64,000 bases of DNA from positions 1-64,000 of IMG/VR virus record IMGVR_UViG_3300005440_000009. One strand, written 5' to 3'. A model generated the notes under the pieces. The model was not told the DNA's origin. It made no database searches and was given only the letters and a program-made list of their open reading frames with translations. Shown in pieces: positions 27,725 to 36,476 of the stretch. The stretch's first letter is position 1. Each line of letters starts with the position of its first letter. A program made the position numbers and the translations under genes. Source of the DNA: a virus (Duplodnaviria; Caudoviricetes).

Positions 27725-29061
27725 GCTGCCGCCCTTCTACGCTTCGGGGCCGAGCGCCGACGCTTTTGCGAACGAGCTCGCGCCGCGCGCGCGGGCTGCT
27801 TCGGGAGGTTCGGGGCGCGCATGCCCAAGAAGATCGCGCCGACGGCCGCGCCGATGCCGAGGAGCCAGCCGAGGCCCGCTCCACCGCCAATGCCGGCGGT
27901 GGTCGCCGCAGTCACGCACGAGCCGTCGTCGGCTCGCTTGTAGCCGGTCGGGCACTTGTCGACGCATTTCGTGCCGAAGCAGTCTTGCGTGGGTCCGCAG
28001 CTCGTGGGCGTGCAGGGCGGCGGGGGCGGAGGCGTGCCGCCCCCACCGGTCTTGCAATCGGGATCGAAGGCCGACGAAGACGAGTTCGCGAGGATCGCGC
28101 CGCACGAGGGCGGGACATTGACCGACGAGTCGATGTTTTGCTGGACGTAGGCCGCGGCCGTGCACGTGGTCGGTCCGAGCTTTCCGTCGACTCCGATCGG
28201 GCAGATGTTTTGCGTGCCGAGTGCGTTGTTGATCTGCGTTTGCAGACCAGACACGTCTTGACCACCGGGGCCGACGGCTCCTGACGCTTTCGCTTTGCAG
28301 TCGAGATCGGCGGCTTGCACGCACACGTTTTGCGCGACCCAAGCCGAATAGCCGGGGCTTCCCGGAGTCGCATCGGCGCCGGGGTTTAGCGACACGCATT
28401 GCTGCTGACGCTGATTCATGCAGGTCTTGTAGGCGACCGAATCGGTCACGTCGCCGAGTCGGCCCTCGCCCGGTCCAAAGAGGAACGGCACCGGCGGGCG
28501 CGTAATGCGCGTCGAGAATTGCGTGGTCGTGACGGTCGTTCCGCCGAACGGCTGAGCCCCGAACGGGCTCAGCGGGATGCTTCGACGAATGAACGCCGTG
28601 AACGGAAACGGGTAAACGAACGGGATGGGATTCGGATTGGGAGGCGGAGGAGCGTTTCCGATCTGCGTCTTGACGCCGTCGTAGGTGCAATACCAGACCG
28701 GCTGCATCAGGATGTTGACCTTGGTGTACGCTCCGCACACGGACTTGTACGGCGCGGCGACCTGCCACGAGTTGAACGCCTGCGTAATGCCCGCGTAGCC
28801 TTGGGCGTGCGTCCGCAAGTGTGGACCGCTCGTGCCGACGAGCTGGCCGTTGTTGTAAAAGTAATAGGTCCAGTACTCGAGCTCGTAAGGCGCACCGACG
28901 CCTTCCTTCGGTCCGAGCAACTGCTGAGGCCCGCCGGCTCCGCCGCGATCGTGCAAGAACACCGGCCGGAGATTCGGCGGCATCACGGCGCTGCCGAAGT
29001 ACGCTCGCGCGCTCGGTCCGGTTTGCGTCTTCACCGGGTCAATCCATTTCACGAGCGCCAT
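27721..29061 (-). CDS. Trp-motif membrane protein with peptidoglycan-binding-like motif
   Basis: MALVKW (ATG at 29061, TGATG); GEGRLGD; VSGLQTQIN..IGVDGKLGPTT; TM; Arg-rich tail. Confidence 0.65.
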   Translation of the reverse strand: MALVKWIDPVKTQTGPSARAYFGSAVMPPNLRPVFLHDRGGAGGPQQLLGPKEGVGAPYELEYWTYYFYNNGQLVGTSGPHLRTHAQGYAGITQAFNSWQVAAPYKSVCGAYTKVNILMQPVWYCTYDGVKTQIGNAPPPPNPNPIPFVYPFPFTAFIRRSIPLSPFGAQPFGGTTVTTTQFSTRITRPPVPFLFGPGEGRLGDVTDSVAYKTCMNQRQQQCVSLNPGADATPGSPGYSAWVAQNVCVQAADLDCKAKASGAVGPGGQDVSGLQTQINNALGTQNICPIGVDGKLGPTTCTAAAYVQQNIDSSVNVPPSCGAILANSSSSAFDPDCKTGGGGTPPPPPPCTPTSCGPTQDCFGTKCVDKCPTGYKRADDGSCVTAATTAGIGGGAGLGWLLGIGAAVGAIFLGMRAPNLPKQPARAARARSQKRRRSAPKRRRAAA

Positions 29062-29951
29062 CAGCGTGGTCCTTTCGGTAAATCTTCGCAGCACGGGAAA
29101 AGCTCAACGGCCAAGCCGCCCGCAACGCGTCCGTACACGACCGGCAAGGGCGTATCGAGCTCCTCGAAGGCAGAGACGAATTGATCCTCGGGACGACCGA
29201 CGCCCGCAGGAATGTTGAGCGCGCAGCGGGTGACCGCGTTGGTCTGATGCACCGAGGCGTAGAAGGTCACGCGCCCAGGGCCGAGCACCGGGATCGAGAG
29301 CTCGCGCGCCGTCGGATCGAGATAGCGCATGTCGCGCCAAGTCCCGAGCAAGTCGACGTCAGCGCCGGGCGGGATGCCGGCGCCCGGGGGTGTGTACGGC
29401 AGGAAGGGCGGCACGTAGAGCAGGGCCGCGTCTTGGCCGCTCATCGACGGGCTCGTGCCGTCCGGTTGCGCGGGATCGTTGACCGACTCGGGGGAGAAGC
29501 GGTGGGGCTCGTAGCGCAAATGCCAGGAGATGTTGCCGTCCTGGAAGTGCCAGCCGGGGGACGTGATCTCGAGCTCGACCGGGACCGGTCCGCACTCGGG
29601 GCTGCGCGATTGCGGCACCGTGCGGATCGTCGCGTACTGCCAAATGCCGCGGATCACGATCGCGCGCTTCTTGTCGATTTCGACCTGAAGCAACCGAATC
29701 AAGTAGCGCTCGGCTTGCGATCGCGTCGCGTTGTCAGGAACGCGCACGCCGAGCGCGCTCGTATCGCCGAGCCACGGCGTCGATCCGATGCCGAGCAAGT
29801 CGGGATCGTAGGACTGCGTGAAGAGCTCGATCACCGCGCGGCAGTCCCAACGCGGATCGGCGCTTCCCAAAAATGAGGGATGGCCCACGACGCCCGCGCG
29901 CTTGGCGCGTTCGGCAGAGAGAGAGATTACGGATTTGGCGTTTGCCGACAC
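29061..29951 (-). CDS. beta-rich capsid-associated candidate (penton/minor capsid?)
   Basis: 296 aa, alternating hydrophobic strands, no TM; third gene of the capsid-candidate trio. Confidence 0.4.
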   Translation of the reverse strand: MSANAKSVISLSAERAKRAGVVGHPSFLGSADPRWDCRAVIELFTQSYDPDLLGIGSTPWLGDTSALGVRVPDNATRSQAERYLIRLLQVEIDKKRAIVIRGIWQYATIRTVPQSRSPECGPVPVELEITSPGWHFQDGNISWHLRYEPHRFSPESVNDPAQPDGTSPSMSGQDAALLYVPPFLPYTPPGAGIPPGADVDLLGTWRDMRYLDPTARELSIPVLGPGRVTFYASVHQTNAVTRCALNIPAGVGRPEDQFVSAFEELDTPLPVVYGRVAGGLAVELFPCCEDLPKGPR

Positions 29952-29965
29952 GGGCTATTCCCCTT

Positions 29966-30679
29966 TCAGGGGCAGCCCGGCCCCAAATCCCTCGGAGCGA
30001 AAACGCCCTCTGCCTGGAGCTCGTCGATGATCTGCGTGAAGTCGCAGCCGTTGTAGAGACCGGTCGGAAGCCGCGTCCCGTGAAACGTGATGATCGCCTC
30101 GGTCGGCACTTCGTCGGCTTGGAGCGTGCGGAGGTTGGTGAAGATCGCGTCGAAGGTCGCGGAGCACTTCAAGACCAGGCCGGCGGGACAGACGCACTCG
30201 AAGACCGCTTCGATGTTTTCGAGGGGGGTCGGCTCGGTGTTGATGAGATAGTTGCAGAACGAGTGGATGATGAGCGAGTTCAGGTCGATGTTGGGGTTCA
30301 GGCGATTGAAGTAATCGGACTGAGCCTTCCAGATCGATCCTGCGGCGAAGTTCGGGCGACGCACCGTATAGGTGACGCGCCGGATCCAAATGTCGCTTTC
30401 GACCGTGCCGAGCATCTGACCCAGCACGGGCTTGTCCGCCGTGGTCGCATCCCAACGCGCTTTCACGCTGAGCATCACCCAGCCGTTGGTCTCGGTCACC
30501 AGCCAGCCGTCGCCAGCCATGCGGTAGCCGAGACCCTTTTTCGCGGCCTGCAAGAGCGTGTGCGCCAGCCGTGGCTCTTGGAGGGCGATCCCTCCGAGCC
30601 ATTGCGGCGCCGCCGCTCGGCGCGCCCGGGCGAGCGCGGCCGAAACCTCGTCGCCCGGAGCTGTGTTGGGTGCGTTCAC
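29966..30679 (-). CDS. candidate single jelly-roll capsid protein
   Basis: 237 aa, beta-strand pattern (IWIRRVTYTV, AIITFHG), directly after the MCP candidate. Confidence 0.4.
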   Translation of the reverse strand: MNAPNTAPGDEVSAALARARRAAAPQWLGGIALQEPRLAHTLLQAAKKGLGYRMAGDGWLVTETNGWVMLSVKARWDATTADKPVLGQMLGTVESDIWIRRVTYTVRRPNFAAGSIWKAQSDYFNRLNPNIDLNSLIIHSFCNYLINTEPTPLENIEAVFECVCPAGLVLKCSATFDAIFTNLRTLQADEVPTEAIITFHGTRLPTGLYNGCDFTQIIDELQAEGVFAPRDLGPGCP

Positions 30680-30702
30680 TTAAAAAGCGCCTTCTCTGGA
30701 CC

Positions 30703-31887
30703 TTACTTCGCCGAGGCGAGGAGGTTGTCGAACTGCTTTTTGACGTCTTCCGGCAGGCCGTTCAGGGCGCCGCGGTTCGCGATGAGCTTGCTCGTCAGGT
30801 AGCTGCCGATGCCCACCTGCTGGTAGAGCATTTCGAGCGCGCTTCCCGAGGTCACGCCTGCGAGGTACTCCACGCAAGCCGCCGGCACGAGGTCGTAGCC
30901 CGCGAGGACCGCGCCGATCGTGAAGCAGCCACCCGGAACCGTGTAGATCCCGGCGTTGCCCGAGCCGCACTCGAGCGTGTCCGTGAACTGGCTGCTCGGC
31001 AGAGTCGGGCTCGCGCAGTCGAGGACCGCGTCGCGCCGCATCGCCGGGAAGAAGCAGCAATCCCCTTCGACGCGCGTGAAACGGACGTCGATGGTCATGC
31101 CGGGCAACCAGAGGATCGGGAACGGCAGCGGATAGCAGCGGTTCGAGATGCCCTTGGTGTGCTGGCTTCCCCACATCGCTTCCGCAGTCGGCGCGGGCAT
31201 GCACTCGCTGCCGGCGGCGGTGTTCTGGGGGATGAATTGCTTGTTGCAACCCTTGGCCACGAGCACGTCGTTGACGTCGCGATTGAACGGAGTCGTGGAG
31301 ATCAGCGAGTTGCCGCTCCCGACGAATTCCATGGTCGCGCCGACGAGACCCATCACGTGGGCCGCTTCCTCGAAAATCTGGAAGTGGCGCCCAATGAACA
31401 TCGAGACGCGATACGCCTGGAAGAACTTCTCGATGATGTTCCAGGTCGGGTAACCCCAAGCGAGCACCGCGTTGTGCTCGTCGAGCGCGCCCGTGCAACC
31501 GGTCACGCAAGGGGTCGGTCCACCCGAGGCGACCACGTTCTTCATCACGCCCGTGAGCGCGAAGCCCTGGCCCTCGGCTGTCGCCAAGATGCCGAAGCCC
31601 ATCATGAGGAACGGAGTCTCGACGGTCGTCCCGCGCGAGAGGTTGGTTTGACGACCGGGGCAGGCTTGCGGCTGGTCGAGCGTGAAGAGGCGGATTTCCC
31701 CGGGGAATGCCGCGTCGAATTCCTCGGGCGTCATCGGCAGTTGGTACTGCGCGATGTCGTAGAGGCGCGCGGTCAAGCGCGAGAGCGGGCTCTTGCCCGC
31801 CATGATCTGGCCGAGCATGCCGCCCTTGTGGGTCGGCTCGATCTGCGAAAACTGCTTGTGGTCTGCCTTGATAACTTCGGTCGCCAT
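30703..31887 (-). CDS. candidate jelly-roll major capsid protein
   Basis: 394 aa; LYD..F..TNL..PF..GFGI, YPLPFPILWLPG..IDVRF, IGAVLAGY strand pattern; GGA-containing RBS region; fold is inference. Confidence 0.5.
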   Translation of the reverse strand: MATEVIKADHKQFSQIEPTHKGGMLGQIMAGKSPLSRLTARLYDIAQYQLPMTPEEFDAAFPGEIRLFTLDQPQACPGRQTNLSRGTTVETPFLMMGFGILATAEGQGFALTGVMKNVVASGGPTPCVTGCTGALDEHNAVLAWGYPTWNIIEKFFQAYRVSMFIGRHFQIFEEAAHVMGLVGATMEFVGSGNSLISTTPFNRDVNDVLVAKGCNKQFIPQNTAAGSECMPAPTAEAMWGSQHTKGISNRCYPLPFPILWLPGMTIDVRFTRVEGDCCFFPAMRRDAVLDCASPTLPSSQFTDTLECGSGNAGIYTVPGGCFTIGAVLAGYDLVPAACVEYLAGVTSGSALEMLYQQVGIGSYLTSKLIANRGALNGLPEDVKKQFDNLLASAK

Positions 31888-31989
31888 TTTCTTTATCGAT
31901 CCTTTTTCAGCGGGGCCGGCCGGTGTACGTGCGCGGGCGACCCCGATGAATAAACGTGTTGGAGCAAACTTTTTGGTGAATTTTCGCGA

Positions 31990-33831
31990 TCAGACTTCTT
32001 GCGGCGCTTCGTCCATGTTCCAGAAGGAAATGGTCCCGGAGGGTCGCTGACGAGCAACGACCTTCTCAGGCTGGCCGTTCGACGCCTTTTCAGGGGCGGC
32101 GCCGGCCATCGTTCCGGCGGCGGTCATGACCGTCGTCGTGGGGGGCGTGATCAACACACGCTCCGGGCCGCCAGGAATGGGAGCGATGGTCTCGGTGACG
32201 ACCGTGCCCGAGGGGACATACGGAGTCGACGGAACGAGCGGCACACTGGCGGGGACTCCACCCTTGCGTTGCTCGACCACCAAGCACATGCCGTACGGCA
32301 AGCGCACCGAGTTTCCGACCACCCAGAAGGTGTCCGGAGTGCCACCATTCATGGCGGAGACTGCGTCGATCGAGACACCCCCGGCGGCGGCGATTTCGGC
32401 GAGATCATCGCCGACTTCCACCTCGTAGGTGCACTCGGTGTACGGGCGGTAGCTGTCGCCACAGCCCGGACAGAGCGATTGGCAGTCGCTGTAGCAACCG
32501 TCTTTTCCACCGCACGATTGGCAGTTTCCAAGACGGTTCGTTTGGAGGAACGTCCGCGGATTTTGGCCGGAACCCACACTGCCCGCGGGGTCAGTTAGGG
32601 CTTGCGCTTTTCCCTGGGGGTTTGCTCCCAAGACCGCGAGGTTGGTCGTCTGGTCGCCGAGCGGCGAGTTGATTTGAGACGCTTCCCCTTGCTGGCCCGC
32701 CGAAAGCGAGGGCACCGTCGCCCAAGCCTTGAACGACGCATCGATCGCCTTCTGCACCGAGTCCTGCTCGAGTGCATACATGCGATTCGCGAAGGACATC
32801 GGTTTGGCGGGGTCCACCTTCAGGATGGCCGGCATCAGGTACCAGTTAGCGAGCTTGAGGAGCGCGTTCGAGCCGAAGCCGAGCGCGATACCCGAAGCGA
32901 GCCACGGGATGATGCCGCGACCGCGCGTCCAAGCTGCGAGGCCGAGGGCGACGACGCCGCCCACAACCTGCACGCCGAGGCGCGTGGCGTCCGGCCGGCG
33001 GTAGATCGCGGCAGCCGCGTCTGCGCCGTACCAGGCATTTTTGCCGTCCTTCGGCTTCATGGTCGCGACGACGCGATCCACGAAGTCGGCGACCAAGAGC
33101 CCGATCGCTACGCCGGCCGCAGCCGTACCGTACCGAACGAGGTTTTCTCGGGTGTAGGGGCTCGCGGGGTTCGAGAGGAGCCCGCTGATCCCGGGATTTT
33201 CGAGCATGGCCATTTCGCGGCGGGTCAAACCACCGGCGAATTTGCCGCTGCGCGTACGTTTGTACTTGCAGGGCGGGCAACGCCGACGCGAAGACCGGCG
33301 GCGCGAAGCCGCTCGAGTCGTCCGGCGACGCTTCCGGCCTCCGCCGTGGCGGCGCTTGCGCCACCCCTTCCGGGCCGCTCGAGCGTGCCGGCGGGGCTGA
33401 CCCGACCAGGCATTCTCGAGGTTGATGGTGGTCGGATTTTCGTTCTGGGCCGCGGCGGCCGCTCGGCGCCGCTTCGGGCGTCGGCGCGCCTTTCGGCGGC
33501 GGCGGTTCTCTTCGTACCGCCCACGATTGTCTGCGACGCGGCGACGCTTGGCGTAGCGACGCTTTCGCGGATTGGCCGAGGCGCTCGCAGCGGCGCGGCG
33601 GCGACGGCCACCACGCTTCTTGCGACGAGCGGCTTGCGCCTTTCGGATGTTCTTTCGAGCAGCAGCGATCTGAGCGCGAGTTGCCATCTTGTTCTCTTCG
33701 TGGGCCTTCAGCGCGTCAGCACGACGCGGCGATTTGATGCCAGGATTTTCGAGATAACGAGCGATCTGCGCTTTTACGCGCAAAGCGACTTTCGTCGGCT
33801 CCGCACACGCACACGCCACGTTTCTCTTCAT
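31990..33831 (-). CDS. protamine-like basic domain + TM helices + CxxC + LysM protein
   Basis: Arg/Lys-rich block; two hydrophobic helices; CQSC..CPGC; YEVEVGDDLAEIA..GVSIDAVSAMN..VGNSVRLP (LysM). Confidence 0.75.
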   Translation of the reverse strand: MKRNVACACAEPTKVALRVKAQIARYLENPGIKSPRRADALKAHEENKMATRAQIAAARKNIRKAQAARRKKRGGRRRRAAASASANPRKRRYAKRRRVADNRGRYEENRRRRKARRRPKRRRAAAAAQNENPTTINLENAWSGQPRRHARAARKGWRKRRHGGGRKRRRTTRAASRRRSSRRRCPPCKYKRTRSGKFAGGLTRREMAMLENPGISGLLSNPASPYTRENLVRYGTAAAGVAIGLLVADFVDRVVATMKPKDGKNAWYGADAAAAIYRRPDATRLGVQVVGGVVALGLAAWTRGRGIIPWLASGIALGFGSNALLKLANWYLMPAILKVDPAKPMSFANRMYALEQDSVQKAIDASFKAWATVPSLSAGQQGEASQINSPLGDQTTNLAVLGANPQGKAQALTDPAGSVGSGQNPRTFLQTNRLGNCQSCGGKDGCYSDCQSLCPGCGDSYRPYTECTYEVEVGDDLAEIAAAGGVSIDAVSAMNGGTPDTFWVVGNSVRLPYGMCLVVEQRKGGVPASVPLVPSTPYVPSGTVVTETIAPIPGGPERVLITPPTTTVMTAAGTMAGAAPEKASNGQPEKVVARQRPSGTISFWNMDEAPQEV

Positions 33832-33841
33832 GCACGAAAAG

Positions 33842-33871
33842 ATTATGGCCAGCGAAATCCGTGCTCGTCAA
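33842..33871 (-). promoter_or_regulatory. sigma70-like promoter for the core/capsid operon
   Basis: TTGACG (33871-33866), 18 nt, CATAAT (33847-33842), 10 nt, ATG at 33831. Confidence 0.65.
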
Positions 33872-34430
33872 CAATGCAGCCGTGCGGAAGCGGCAAACGC
33901 CACCCCAAAGTGCGCTTGCTATAACGCACCTCAACGGGCGGATCGTATTCGTGCTCGAACGGTTTGTCGAAGCCCGGACGCCGATAGCGAATGAGACGCA
34001 CGCGCGCTAAGCGCGCCCACGGTCCCTCGGGAATTTCCACCGATCCGTAAGTGAGAGGAAGTGGGCGATCGTTCTGGTCGATGAAGTACTTTTCTGCGTC
34101 ATCGAGCACGTCAGCAGGTGCGTTTTTCGCACCTCCTCCGCGAGCTCGAACAATATACAAATCGCACCGGTCCAAAAGTGCGCCGGTCGTGTCGTGCACG
34201 AGCACATACCCCCGCGGGAAGGTCACGTCGGCCGCCGGCATGCGCGGTTCCCAGAAGACTTCGCGCTCTCCGTTTGGTCCGGTCGCGCGCACGATGCGGC
34301 GCGCGCCGGAGTTTCGCACGCGTTCGACGGACACGAATTGGATGTTCGTGCCGCGCACGATCATGTGGTGCGTGTAACACGCACCGGTCGTGCAATCTTC
34401 GGCTTCGACGATGCGGCCGGAGTCCGTCAT
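33843..34430 (-). CDS. hypothetical protein
   Basis: 195 aa; TAATG coupling. Confidence 0.6.
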   Translation of the reverse strand: MTDSGRIVEAEDCTTGACYTHHMIVRGTNIQFVSVERVRNSGARRIVRATGPNGEREVFWEPRMPAADVTFPRGYVLVHDTTGALLDRCDLYIVRARGGGAKNAPADVLDDAEKYFIDQNDRPLPLTYGSVEIPEGPWARLARVRLIRYRRPGFDKPFEHEYDPPVEVRYSKRTLGWRLPLPHGCIVDEHGFRWP

Positions 34431-35296
34431 TAGGCCGCTCGCGCCAATTGACGACTCGGCGGAAGCGCGCGCGAGCTCGAGCGTGCACCCGCTGGCGGCA
34501 CCAAGCGCACGAGTGCGTAAAGCACACCGAGACCGAGCGCGACCAGCGCGACGGTCTTAATCGTGTTCGTGATGTCGGTCGTGGGCTGACTGCCGGCTTT
34601 GATTTGCTCGACCTTCTGCGCGCGCACGGCAGCGGCGCCGGTGTAGATCGATTGGTTTAGCTTGGCGGCTTGGTCGGGCGTGCATTTTCCGGTCGTCACG
34701 CACTCGTAGGATTTCTCCGCGATCGTGCGCATCGTCTTTTGCTCGGCAACGTCAGTGATGTTGTTGACTGCTTTCTCGACCGCCCAGTACGCCGGGAGCG
34801 CGAGCACCGTGACGCCCAAGGTGGTAGCCCACACGATCGCGGGCACTCCAACTTGCCCTTGCACGTGCGTTTGCTCACCCGCGGGATTCACGATGATCGG
34901 CACGTCGCCATTGAGCGCCAAGCGCACGACGTCCGACGAGAGCCCCTCGATTTCGAATTGATTCTTTTCCGTGTTCCAGGCGACTTTGCGCTTTCCGGCG
35001 ATCGCGTCGTTTAGGGCGTCGGTGATGATCTTCACCATCGCCATCGCGTCGACTGCGTTCTGGTCGAGATCCGAGGACCATGCCGACGCGCTCGACATGC
35101 CCGGGGCGGCTCCACCCTCGGGGCCAGCGCCATCGACCAAGAACGGAAGGCCGAGGTTTTGGCGGACCGTCTTTAGCCCGGTGTAGGCGGCGACGGCTCG
35201 CGTCCACGACGCGCTCAGATTGTCGCGGAGCGCCGTCAGGTACGCTTCCCAGGCTTTTTCGTCGGCGGGTTGGCCCAGCCATCGCAGCTTTTTCAT
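34430..35296 (-). CDS. Trp-motif membrane protein, two hydrophobic helices
   Basis: MKKLRWLGQ (ATG at 35296); IVWATTLGVTVLALPAYW and VALVALGLGVLYALV. Confidence 0.65.
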   Translation of the reverse strand: MKKLRWLGQPADEKAWEAYLTALRDNLSASWTRAVAAYTGLKTVRQNLGLPFLVDGAGPEGGAAPGMSSASAWSSDLDQNAVDAMAMVKIITDALNDAIAGKRKVAWNTEKNQFEIEGLSSDVVRLALNGDVPIIVNPAGEQTHVQGQVGVPAIVWATTLGVTVLALPAYWAVEKAVNNITDVAEQKTMRTIAEKSYECVTTGKCTPDQAAKLNQSIYTGAAAVRAQKVEQIKAGSQPTTDITNTIKTVALVALGLGVLYALVRLVPPAGARSSSRALPPSRQLARAA

Positions 35297-35454
35297 TTGA
35301 TGAGTCTCGCGCGGTAGAGGTTGATTACCAGGGAAGTCGCTGAAATCAGCAGGCCCGCGATCGCGAACCACTCAATTCTCGAGAGCTTGTGGCCGTCGCC
35401 CGGGATCTCTTCCGGGGCGGCGGAAACCTGACCGGACCAGCGCAAAATGGCCAT
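35293..35454 (-). CDS. 53-aa Trp-motif membrane microprotein (below track cutoff)
   Basis: hand-translated MAILRWSGQVSAAPEEIPGDGHKLSRIEWFAIAGLLISATSLVINLYRARLIK; ATGA overlap with the next gene. Confidence 0.75.
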   Translation of the reverse strand: MAILRWSGQVSAAPEEIPGDGHKLSRIEWFAIAGLLISATSLVINLYRARLIK

Positions 35455-35464
35455 CGCTCGCCCT

Positions 35465-36457
35465 TTAGAGTAGCGCCCAAATTACGAGCGCGACAATGCC
35501 GGCGCCGATCGCCAAGGGCGCGATGCTCGAGCCGCCGCCCCCGCCACCGCTCCCGGCCGCGGCGATGTTCTTGAAGTCGATCTGCGATTTGAGCTTTTCG
35601 ATGAGCGGCTCCATCGCTTTGCTCGGGAGCTCCGTCAAGCACTGCGGATCTTCACCGTGCATGTTGCTCGGCGTCTTCGGGTCGAAGACGTTGAAGAATC
35701 CCGCCGGACAGTCGCCCTTACTCTGAAACCAGCTCGAGGCGTTCTCCATGCGCCCGACCGCGAACCAATCGATCGGCTCGCCGGGCTTGGCGATGGGGCC
35801 GAAGTTCCCGTTGAAGTAGGTCAGCCAAACGTAGTCCTTACACGTCAGCTTTTCGTTGACGATGCCGAGCTTCTTGGCGACGGCGCACTCGTCGAGCGCC
35901 GTCTTGGTGAGCTCGAACTTTTCATACGCAAGCGCGGCCGCGTAGCGCTCGGCGCTCGGCGCAAACTTCGAGAACACCGGCGCCGGTGGCAAGCCCGCTT
36001 CAGTCAGCGCCACGTCGGAAGCGCCTTGGCTGATGGCCAGATCGCGGAGCGTCAAATAGGACTTGACGGCGAGGATGCCCTTGGCCGCGCGCTTGGCTCG
36101 CGGCGCCGTGAAGTCGTTCCAGGTTTCCGAAACCAAGTCCTCCATGGTCGATCCCTTGGCCACAGGGATCGATTTTCCGATGAAGCCGCCGATGATGCCG
36201 CCCAAGATCGCGCAGCCGCCCGCGACTGGAGCAGTCACTACGAAGGCCGAGCACGCCGCAGCGCCACCAATTGCGCCGCCCACCTCGCCGTAGGCTTTCA
36301 GATCCGCCGAGCTCGTGCCGCCCTTCCGCTCGATGATCTCTCTCGTGAGCGGATTGGTTGCCTTGTCCATTCCGGAATACGCACCGAGGCCGACGGGCCG
36401 CCTCGAGCTCGGCGAAAGCACGAGCGGGACGGACGCATTCCAGATGAGGGCGGACAT
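35465..36457 (-). CDS. Trp-motif membrane protein with glycine zipper and C-terminal TM
   Basis: MSALIW..PVGLGA; GGAIGGAAAC..AILGGIIGGFIG; APLAIGAGIVALVIWALL. Confidence 0.65.
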   Translation of the reverse strand: MSALIWNASVPLVLSPSSRRPVGLGAYSGMDKATNPLTREIIERKGGTSSADLKAYGEVGGAIGGAAACSAFVVTAPVAGGCAILGGIIGGFIGKSIPVAKGSTMEDLVSETWNDFTAPRAKRAAKGILAVKSYLTLRDLAISQGASDVALTEAGLPPAPVFSKFAPSAERYAAALAYEKFELTKTALDECAVAKKLGIVNEKLTCKDYVWLTYFNGNFGPIAKPGEPIDWFAVGRMENASSWFQSKGDCPAGFFNVFDPKTPSNMHGEDPQCLTELPSKAMEPLIEKLKSQIDFKNIAAAGSGGGGGGSSIAPLAIGAGIVALVIWALL

Positions 36458-36476
36458 CGCCTCACCAGTTTAAGAG

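Noticed and set aside
34430-36457. Tape-measure protein
   Set aside because: Ala/Gly-rich with TM segments but only about 290-330 aa, with no tail genes around
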